The position numbers and the translations under genes were made by a program. The notes below the pieces were generated by a model. The model worked only from the letters and a program-made list of their open reading frames with translations. It was not told the origin of the DNA and did no database searches. This document shows, in pieces, positions 13,611 to 20,940 of a stretch of DNA of 24,000 nt (within the stretch, counting starts at the first letter, position 1; every line of letters starts with the position of its first letter). Source of the stretch: Alteromonas gilva (GTDB lineage: Bacteria; Pseudomonadota; Gammaproteobacteria; Enterobacterales; Alteromonadaceae); assembly GCF_028595265.1 (NCBI RefSeq), contig NZ_JAQQXP010000004.1:132179-156178 (forward strand), in the 5' to 3' direction.

Positions 13611-14278
13611 TGAAATACAAAGGCCACTTTGACGGGGCGTGCAACCCTAACCCAGGGGCTATCGGCCTTGGTATTTCTATCAATGACGATGCCGGGCAAG
13701 AAATTGACTATGGATACATGCCTAAAGGTACCGGCACAAACAATGAGGCTGAATACCTTGCTGTCCTGTTGCTGCTTCAAAGAGCCCTTCACATGGGTAT
13801 AACCAGCATTGAATGTGTTGGTGACTCTAAATTGGTCGTTAATCAATTAAATGGCACTTACAGAATCAACCAGGATTCACTGCTGAAACTTCACGGCAAG
13901 GTCATGCACCTTGTTAATCAGTTTGACAGTTGTGAATTTCTCTGGGTGAGAAGACAGCATAACACTCGGGCAGATGAACTATCAAAGATGGCTCTTGAAA
14001 CGAACGAGTCTTTCTTTAGCCAAGCACCAACAATTACAAAAAAAGCAGCACAGGCGCCCAGTGAGGCTCCGAAGGCCGAACACGTAAATCGTATACCAGT
14101 GGTTAAAACCTTAACTGATGGTCGTATATTCATTTCTGACAGCCGGGGGATAAGCATCCTTGAGCCCCGCTCCAGAACATGCACTTGCAGTTGTTTCCAT
14201 AAGCACAAAAGCTGCTTTCATCTGAATACATTTTTACGCCTGAAGCACAAGCCTCAAAAGGTTGCACTAATAGGATAA
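13610..14278 (+). CDS. RNase H (type 1 fold) fused to a C-terminal SWIM-like Cys/His zinc-finger region
   Basis: The ATG at 13610 overlaps the iscB TGA (TGATG). The DEDD set is present: HFDGAC, NNEAEY, VGDSKLV, NTRADEL. A Lys/Ala/Pro linker follows, then TCTCSCFHKHKSCFH (CxC...CxH) at 14180-14221. Confidence 0.85.
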   Translation: MKYKGHFDGACNPNPGAIGLGISINDDAGQEIDYGYMPKGTGTNNEAEYLAVLLLLQRALHMGITSIECVGDSKLVVNQLNGTYRINQDSLLKLHGKVMHLVNQFDSCEFLWVRRQHNTRADELSKMALETNESFFSQAPTITKKAAQAPSEAPKAEHVNRIPVVKTLTDGRIFISDSRGISILEPRSRTCTCSCFHKHKSCFHLNTFLRLKHKPQKVALIG

Positions 14279-14322
14279 CTGTTAAGCTAAACACAAATCG
14301 AATTTGAAAATCGGAGTAGGAT

Positions 14323-14790
14323 ATGAATCGTGGTATTAATAAAGTCATCTTGGTCGGGAACCTTGGTAACGACCCAGAAGTACGTTACATGCCCAACGGC
14401 AACGCCGTTGCCAACCTGAGCCTGGCTACCAGCGAAAGTTGGAAGGATCAGCAAGGTCAAATGCAGGAGCGTACTGAATGGCATCGCTTAACCATGTATC
14501 GTCGCCTGGCGGAAGTAGCTGGTGAGTACCTGAAGAAAGGCTCACAAATTTACGTAGAAGGTAAACTGCAAACCCGCAAATGGCAGGATCAGCAAGGCCA
14601 GGATCGCTATACTACTGAAATCATTGTTGACCAAATGCAAATGCTAGGTGGTGGTAGTGTTGACGATGGAGGTCAGCGCTCCGGAGGTAATCAGCGCGGT
14701 CAACAGCCTCCGCCAACACAACAACCTAGTCAAGGAAGTGGATACCAGCAGCCAGCTCCGCTGCCTGACTTCGATTTTGATGATAACTAG
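14323..14790 (+). CDS. ssb: Single-stranded DNA-binding protein, ending at a TAG just before an in-frame P-F-stop
   Basis: The OB-fold N-terminus [44 protein letters not shown] is canonical SSB. A Gly/Gln/Pro-rich linker follows, then the acidic tail [12 protein letters not shown] lies 7 nt upstream of the ATG. Confidence 0.92.
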   Translation: MNRGINKVILVGNLGNDPEVRYMPNGNAVANLSLATSESWKDQQGQMQERTEWHRLTMYRRLAEVAGEYLKKGSQIYVEGKLQTRKWQDQQGQDRYTTEIIVDQMQMLGGGSVDDGGQRSGGNQRGQQPPPTQQPSQGSGYQQPAPLPDFDFDDN

Positions 14791-14841
14791 CCGTTCTGAA
14801 CAAGAATAAAATCTAATCTATTATGTAGAAACATTCCCCAG

Positions 14842-14867
14842 AAGCCTCATTTTATGAGGCTTTTTTG
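14842..14867 (+). terminator. Rho-independent terminator closing the iscB-rnh-ssb transcription unit
   Basis: Stem is aagcctca (14842-14849) / tgaggctt (14855-14862), followed by TTTTTT. Confidence 0.75.
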
Positions 14868-15818
14868 TTAGCTATCATTTCCATTGCTAATATGTGCAGC
14901 ATACATCTCAGCATGTCTAAGTACATGCTCAGCCGACTTCACATCATCTAACATCTCAATTGCTGGCCTTGGTAGCGGCTCCAGGCCTTCTATACATGTG
15001 GGATATGGCTCTTGTTCCAGCCACTGAAACACTTTATTTCTCTTCCTTAAAGCCGCAAACAACACATCAAAGATTTCCAAGGCCAGCTGTCGTTGGCCAA
15101 ACCACTCCATAGGTTTTCTGATTGGGAGTTTTATTGGGATTCTTTCTCGATGTTGCTCTGTGATCTTGTATGGGAACTGCGCGGCTTCTAGCTCTTCTGA
15201 ATTAAAATACAACCTTAGCCAGCTTGAGCATCTAGCCAAGGTAGGGGATGGACTCCTGCTTTCCTCAAAGCCTGGCGTTACTATACCCACATTCACATGC
15301 TCCATCGATTGCAGGGTTTCATACAATCTAACGAAATCAGTGTCATTTGATACAAACACCATATGCTGCTGCCGAGTATCTGTCAGAGCATCCTTCATGG
15401 CTTCAACGGCAATATTTACGTCAGTTTGCTTCTCTTCTATCCGCCAAACTGAGACATTCTCACAATCCGGATGCAATGCTTTGGGATTATCTTTATCAAC
15501 CAACCTTTGGTTATACGGCCGCACGCTATGGTAGCCAAATATAATATCCAGAACATCATCAGAGTAAGAGGCTAACAAAGCGGAATGATATGCTTCCTGG
15601 TCACGCTTGGCGGTTTTGGAAAACGTAACTTTTGGCTCAACAAGAGATGTGAAGTACTTCACTTTGAGGTCGATGTCTGCTGCATTCAGCAAATGTGGAG
15701 GGGCTGACTCTCTGACAATTTGCTCAATTAGCTTTACCGGATCTAGCCATTTATGGGGTCCATGCTTTAGAGAGCCGTAATAAAGATTGTATCCATCAAT
15801 ATAAATACGTAGTATCAA
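14868..15818 (-). CDS. NYN-domain (PIN-like, LabA-like) predicted ribonuclease
   Basis: NYN acidic-residue pattern is present: IYIDGYNLYYG, EEKQTDVNIAVEAMKDAL, VFVSNDTDFVRL. The ORF is 316 aa. Confidence 0.8.
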   Translation of the reverse strand: MILRIYIDGYNLYYGSLKHGPHKWLDPVKLIEQIVRESAPPHLLNAADIDLKVKYFTSLVEPKVTFSKTAKRDQEAYHSALLASYSDDVLDIIFGYHSVRPYNQRLVDKDNPKALHPDCENVSVWRIEEKQTDVNIAVEAMKDALTDTRQQHMVFVSNDTDFVRLYETLQSMEHVNVGIVTPGFEESRSPSPTLARCSSWLRLYFNSEELEAAQFPYKITEQHRERIPIKLPIRKPMEWFGQRQLALEIFDVLFAALRKRNKVFQWLEQEPYPTCIEGLEPLPRPAIEMLDDVKSAEHVLRHAEMYAAHISNGNDS

Positions 15819-15836
15819 ATCCCTTTACCCCGGAAA

Positions 15837-15862
15837 CGAAAAAACCGGCAAAGCAGCCGGCC
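15837..15862 (-). terminator. Rho-independent terminator after the three-gene minus-strand operon
   Basis: Stem is ccggc (15845-15849) / gccgg (15856-15860). On the minus strand it is followed by TTTTTT. Confidence 0.6.
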
Positions 15863-15973
15863 TTTTCACCCTAGTCTCGAAAGTCGCGATGCATCCGTAG
15901 AATTCGGGTTAGTTGTTATTTTTAATATTAGCAGTGAATGACTACCATACTGGTCTAACCAGTTAGGCCGCAT

Positions 15974-16567
15974 TTATGAAAACCTCGCTGTAGCCATTTC
16001 TCTAAACGCCCTTTCAGCATCGAAAGCAAAACGGTTCACCTGCTGCAATATATTAGCAACACACCGACCTCCTTCAAGGATAATTTGACTTCTCATCTTT
16101 ATCTTTGATTTTTCATTGTACAAGGTGGAAACATTGAACATGGCGTTGATAGCATTCATTTGAAAATAATCAGCATGAACAATAGGATCAAACTCACATA
16201 ATGCCTGAATAGATTCAGTGTACTCGCCCTCGCCCCAACCGCTTGCGTCACCCATCGCTTCAAAGGTCAGTTTGCCATAGTAGGTTTTAATAAGCACCAT
16301 TCTGGTGTTCTCAGGCCCCTTAACAACACAAGGCGTGGCTTCTACCGTCATCCCCAGGATATCCACCAGCTCTTCGGCCGTAACCATTTCTATCATGCTG
16401 TGATGCAACTTATGAGAATTCTCACTGTTATCCAATTGCTCACTCGTTCCGCCCTTTCTCACCAGCAGACCTTCAGTAAGGCCACCTACATCCGGATGAG
16501 CAATCTGCTCTCTTGCCGAGCCTGTATTTTCAGAGTCAAAATTAATATCCGGTACATTTTTTTTCAT
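15974..16567 (-). CDS. Hypothetical cytoplasmic protein
   Basis: The ORF is 197 aa with an ATG start, 7 nt after the stop of the upstream gene. Composition is protein-like. No motif was recognised with confidence. Confidence 0.65.
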   Translation of the reverse strand: MKKNVPDINFDSENTGSAREQIAHPDVGGLTEGLLVRKGGTSEQLDNSENSHKLHHSMIEMVTAEELVDILGMTVEATPCVVKGPENTRMVLIKTYYGKLTFEAMGDASGWGEGEYTESIQALCEFDPIVHADYFQMNAINAMFNVSTLYNEKSKIKMRSQIILEGGRCVANILQQVNRFAFDAERAFREMATARFS

Positions 16568-16574
16568 TGATTTA

Positions 16575-17054
16575 CTAAAAGCCTATTACATAAGTTAGAG
16601 AAGCGCTGGCAATTCCAAGAGATAAAACCCATTCACCAATGGAGTTGGTATCCGCTACCAACCATGCTCTGTAGGTTTTTCTTGATGGGTAAAACAAAGT
16701 CACACCCGAAGGGGTAAGAAAGTCTCCAAGCAAATGGAGGAAGTATCCTACCGCGACCCAGTAGATCCATAGCGCTTCAAATTGATAGGCCAGCAACACA
16801 ATCAAAGCGCAAGCCAGAAGGCTATGTGTGAACCCTCTATGCCCAAAAACGATATGTATGGGATAAGATAGCCACCTACACCGCCGACCTATGGTTGAAT
16901 CTGGATGGTCAATGTCAGGAAGTAACACTCCCAGCATGACCAACCCCCAGGTTAAAGCAAAACTTGTATCTGCTTGCCAAGCGCCGCCTGTTGCCCAGTG
17001 AACATAACTCACGAAGGCAGAGGCAGCGACTATCATGTGGCCAGCAATCATCAT
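16575..17054 (-). CDS. Membrane-bound metal-dependent hydrolase-like protein (YdjM/DUF457 family)
   Basis: Multi-pass hydrophobic protein with the family His/Asp pattern: LLPDIDHPDSTIG, GHRGFTHSL, HLLGDFLTPSGV. Confidence 0.75.
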   Translation of the reverse strand: MMIAGHMIVAASAFVSYVHWATGGAWQADTSFALTWGLVMLGVLLPDIDHPDSTIGRRCRWLSYPIHIVFGHRGFTHSLLACALIVLLAYQFEALWIYWVAVGYFLHLLGDFLTPSGVTLFYPSRKTYRAWLVADTNSIGEWVLSLGIASASLTYVIGF

Positions 17055-17066
17055 TGCGACAAAACC

Positions 17067-17834
17067 TTAAAATGCGCCAGTGCGAACACTGTCACCTGTC
17101 GCTTCAGGGTTAGTGTCCTTGGAAGCATTATCTGCTTCCGATTGCTTACGGATGATTTCAGCGCGGTTTTGGAGTGCTTCCTGCTCACGGTTGAACTGTG
17201 CCAGCTTTTCACTTTCCACCTGCTTACGACGCTTATCTAAACGACGCTCAAGATCATCAAATGACGCTCTGACAGTCTTATCCAGAGTTTTATTGCGCTC
17301 CTGCTGCAACACCTTGTTGAACGCATCAAATGGCAGCTTCAGCAAGACATAAGCATGATTAACACCACGGATAGGCTTTACAACCTGCTCAATGACTTCG
17401 TAACCAACAATCGGCACAGAATCCACCAGCTTATCGATCAAAAATTCAGTCTGAGTGACTACATCACCATCAGAATTGCCACGCTCAAACGCACGCTCAG
17501 AGCCGGACAGCTCCTGCTTGTACATCTTGGCCAGATCAAACTCTGCCTGTAATCGCGCAGCCTTTATCACATGAGACAGGCTTTTAGACTTTGCGATGCC
17601 GACACCATACATGCCTGTGCCATCAGATTGAGGCGGCTCTAATACCCAGTCCGGGGCGGCTTCAATTTCTTCTTCACGCTGTTCCTGCATGACCTCTTCA
17701 CGGGCTTCCTGAACATCCAGACGCTGCTCTTCCAGCTCTTCTAAGCGATTGGCCAAATCCCCATTAGAGGAAGCACAGCCACCCAAAAACAAACCAGTAA
17801 CAACCGTAAGTAATAATGTCTTTTTCATAGTCAC
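17067..17834 (-). CDS. Lipoprotein with a coiled-coil-rich sequence
   Basis: Signal and lipobox MKKTLLLTVVTGLFLGGC. Charged E/R/Q-rich stretches lie at both ends. The central region GMYGVGIAKSKSLSHVIKAARLQAEFDLAKM resembles the LPP20-type lipoprotein fold (low certainty). Confidence 0.75.
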   Translation of the reverse strand: MTMKKTLLLTVVTGLFLGGCASSNGDLANRLEELEEQRLDVQEAREEVMQEQREEEIEAAPDWVLEPPQSDGTGMYGVGIAKSKSLSHVIKAARLQAEFDLAKMYKQELSGSERAFERGNSDGDVVTQTEFLIDKLVDSVPIVGYEVIEQVVKPIRGVNHAYVLLKLPFDAFNKVLQQERNKTLDKTVRASFDDLERRLDKRRKQVESEKLAQFNREQEALQNRAEIIRKQSEADNASKDTNPEATGDSVRTGAF

Positions 17835-17912
17835 TCTCCAATGTAGTGAAGTATTTTAAGTTAATCTCTCATGCCATCTTGTTAATAGACGGTTTTGAAT
17901 TCGGGGGTCTAC

Positions 17913-19013
17913 TTACTCAAATACAATTGTGCAATCGTCTTCCGACCACCCATACCACCTCCCAGTTTTGTTACATTCATTAAGACGGCGTAATGCACCA
18001 TCGACCTTTATTTTGGCACTATATGTTCGCTTCTCACTTAACACGTATGGCTGGCAAATATCAGCATTCACATACTCAGTTGCCACGAAAGTAAACTCCC
18101 TGACATCAATCCCCGCGAGTAAAGCCACATACTTATAAAACTCCTGCTGGACGTCGTAACTAAGGTTGTTTAACTGCCTTAGAAACTCTTCCGGCTTAGT
18201 TGAAGCTGTAGTTTTCATATCTACAGCAGTATCGTCATGGCGCAACCAATCGAACTTGACCTTCAACATCATCCCCGTGACAGGGCATCGAGCAATGATG
18301 GCCACTTCTGGCAAACCATTCTGGAAATATGCATTTGCTTCAGCATGATCCCGGGTGGTCTTGGCTGCCCGGTGGGCGTCATCCCACACCTGCCCATCGA
18401 CAGGAACCTTCCCGCCATATGTGGTGATTTCTTCACCCTCAACCATCTCCTGCTTAGGCTCACCCTGCTTGGCATAAAGCTTCTCTTTAATGTCATCAAA
18501 AATCTGAATCTTTGGATTGGCTTCAATTAAACGTTGAACCTTTTCAGCCTTTGTTCCAGACTTTTTCAGCCCTAATGCAACCAACTCCACTTCAATTTGA
18601 GTTGCGGTTTGCAAGGCATCAGGATAATCAGACGGCACAACATCGCGAAAAAACTGCTTGTAATAACCCTCTGGCTCCAGGATCAATGTATGAGCGTGCG
18701 TACCCGCATCAAACGTTCTCTTCTGCGTTAATGTTCGCTTCCGCTCAATACCGGATAAATATTCACGGTAGTAGTGTGCTGGTGAAGACATGAACGTCTT
18801 AAGCTTTGATGAACTAAGGGCCGGCAGAGAGTGATAAACATCATTCGGCATATCGAGATAAATCCCCTCGATAAGCTCACCCTGACAATCCCTGAAAAGT
18901 TCCTCTCCACTATCCCCATATGAAGGCTGTGCTCTTTCCGCCCAGTTCGACAATAAATTGTCAGATGGAAATACCTCTCCTGTTAGCTCATCAATACTTA
19001 CTGCTACTGACAT
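17913..19013 (-). CDS. PD-(D/E)XK exonuclease, RecE/exonuclease VIII C-terminal-domain-like
   Basis: YLDMPNDVYHSLPALSSSKLKTF, AGTHAHTLILEPE, VKFDWLRHDDTAVDMKTT (D...D-x-K) and QQEFYKY match the PDDEXK exonuclease-VIII-like pattern. The ATG at 19013 is preceded by GAGG. The longer GTG start at 19052 is less supported. Confidence 0.75.
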   Translation of the reverse strand: MSVAVSIDELTGEVFPSDNLLSNWAERAQPSYGDSGEELFRDCQGELIEGIYLDMPNDVYHSLPALSSSKLKTFMSSPAHYYREYLSGIERKRTLTQKRTFDAGTHAHTLILEPEGYYKQFFRDVVPSDYPDALQTATQIEVELVALGLKKSGTKAEKVQRLIEANPKIQIFDDIKEKLYAKQGEPKQEMVEGEEITTYGGKVPVDGQVWDDAHRAAKTTRDHAEANAYFQNGLPEVAIIARCPVTGMMLKVKFDWLRHDDTAVDMKTTASTKPEEFLRQLNNLSYDVQQEFYKYVALLAGIDVREFTFVATEYVNADICQPYVLSEKRTYSAKIKVDGALRRLNECNKTGRWYGWSEDDCTIVFE

Positions 19014-19159
19014 AAACACCTCGTCACATTCGATTTGAGAACATTTAAACACGGTTTAAAAATCCCGCTACCAAACGTCCCACATCGCTATACCCCTTGT
19101 ATTCATAGGGTTTCAACAGCCAGATTCATTCGGTGGCGAGAAATTCAAGGCGTCTTATC

Positions 19160-20002
19160 ATGTCTACAGTTTCAAACACCGGAGCAACAAACATGCTGAA
19201 CAGAAATGAGTTAATTGCCTTATATAAAGATGAAGAGTTTAAGGCGTCGTTTATTGCCAACTATGTTGATAAAAATGTGCATCTGCATGTAGCACAGAAA
19301 GAATTCATTACCGCTTTTAATTTGATTGCCAATGACAATGGCAGTCAGGAACGACCCGCCATAAAGCAGGCCTCTGCCAGCTCCATTAAAAGCACCTTTT
19401 TGATGATCAGCTCCTATGGGCTCTCCTTCGACCCTAATGAAAAGGAGGTTTACGTCTACGGCGAGCATCGTGACCCAAATAAGGTTGGTTTAGGGGTTAC
19501 CTTGGGATATCGCGGCATGCGCCGGATTGCGATGAATTCCGGAAAGGTGAAGGTGATCACTTCAGAGATTGTTTACGAGTCTGACAGCTTCACTTGGTTG
19601 GGCGCCGATAAAGCACCTAGCTTTGCAAGTACTGGGCGCAACCAGGATGACAACATCTCATGCGGATTTGTCACCATTAGACTGATGGATAACAGCGTTG
19701 TGTCTTTCAAAATGTCAGCAGCCGAGTTGCTACAAATTGAAAATGACAACATCCAGATGGAAACAGAGTTCACTGGCGATCCAAACAATTCACTGTATCG
19801 AACAGCCTGGCGTGAACGCTGCCTAAGAGCTGCTTTGTGGCGCAGTGCTTACCGTGAGTATCAACACTTATTCATGGATACCGGAAAAATCGTAGACGAC
19901 CAAGGCACGCTGGAGTCAGAAACGGAAACCGCAGACGCTTTTGAAGCAATGATGGCAGAGGCATTAGCCGAGAATGACAACCCACAAGCTGTGAACGCTT
20001 AA
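19160..20002 (+). CDS. recT: RecT/Bet-family single-strand annealing protein
   Basis: The RecT-like core is ASSIKSTFLMISSYGLSFDP...VTLGYRGMRRIAMNSGKVKVITSEIVYESDSF. It is divergent from the exonuclease gene. The ATG at 19160 has AAGG upstream; the GTG at 19133 is an alternative. Confidence 0.8.
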   Translation: MSTVSNTGATNMLNRNELIALYKDEEFKASFIANYVDKNVHLHVAQKEFITAFNLIANDNGSQERPAIKQASASSIKSTFLMISSYGLSFDPNEKEVYVYGEHRDPNKVGLGVTLGYRGMRRIAMNSGKVKVITSEIVYESDSFTWLGADKAPSFASTGRNQDDNISCGFVTIRLMDNSVVSFKMSAAELLQIENDNIQMETEFTGDPNNSLYRTAWRERCLRAALWRSAYREYQHLFMDTGKIVDDQGTLESETETADAFEAMMAEALAENDNPQAVNA

Positions 20003-20013
20003 GGAGAAATGCT

Positions 20014-20928
20014 GTGAGAGATACCGTTATTGCATTAAACGGCCTGTATGGGGCACAGAAAAATCGCGAGCTAACTGTTTGGTTAAATGAGCAGTTTGCT
20101 CGCCAAGGCTCTTTTGAGGGTGGCTCAGTGTCACTGTCTGACATTAAAGAAGAGAGCATTATCAATGCCATTTTGGAAGCAGATGCGGAGTTATCTTTAA
20201 CCGTAGATCAGTTAATTCGCCATGTAATGGTTGTCCCGGCCTTAAGTAAAAACCATCAGACGTTTGAGCCTGTAATTAGATTCAAATCCGGCTTTTTTAA
20301 GTCATTGCTTCACTATGGTAAGCAAATCAAAATCGACGCCGTGGAAGCTGTTCGATTGGGCGATAAATTTGAACGCTATGGCAACGACAAGCATGTTTTC
20401 CACCAGCAGGCAGCGAACAACCATGATGCTCAGGTATTAATGGTGTACTTAAATGGGACTATCAAAGGCACAGAACAGGAGTTCTCAGTCGTACTGAATG
20501 AAAAAGAAGTGGCGGCCATCAAGACTGAAATGATCGACAAGTTCTATAACGGTGTTGACCCGTTCACAGCAGGTGAATGGTTAGATGTTGTTTTCAGTGC
20601 ATTATTCACCCGGATGTATGATGAAGACATCTTCATCGTTCTCCAGTCCATATTGTCAGACAGTCACTTTGAGCTTTACAAAAAGCTCAAAGCGTTCGGT
20701 GTGGGCAGATTCAACCCCCATTCAAATGGTGGCCTAAAGGTCTATTCATCTTATGGTAAGCACATCGGAACCAAGCGTTTTGCATTCAATGCTATCGAAA
20801 GAAAGCAGCAGGAAAGCACTTCACCACCAGAACTCAAAATAATTACCGGTGGTGCTGGCAAGCCGAAAAAGACCGAAACCAAAAAGCACATCGACGAAGA
20901 CATCATGAAGGACTTCGGCGGCTTTTAA
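20014..20928 (+). CDS. Hypothetical protein, possibly a divergent second RecT-like protein
   Basis: GTG start with AAGGAG 7 nt upstream, 11 nt after the recT stop. VIRFKSGFFKSLLHYGKQIKIDAVEAVRLGDKFERYG is collinear with the RecT core of the preceding gene. It ends in the basic-then-acidic tail KKHIDEDIMKDFGGF. Confidence 0.65.
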   Translation: MRDTVIALNGLYGAQKNRELTVWLNEQFARQGSFEGGSVSLSDIKEESIINAILEADAELSLTVDQLIRHVMVVPALSKNHQTFEPVIRFKSGFFKSLLHYGKQIKIDAVEAVRLGDKFERYGNDKHVFHQQAANNHDAQVLMVYLNGTIKGTEQEFSVVLNEKEVAAIKTEMIDKFYNGVDPFTAGEWLDVVFSALFTRMYDEDIFIVLQSILSDSHFELYKKLKAFGVGRFNPHSNGGLKVYSSYGKHIGTKRFAFNAIERKQQESTSPPELKIITGGAGKPKKTETKKHIDEDIMKDFGGF

Positions 20929-20940
20929 TTAGGAACTTCA

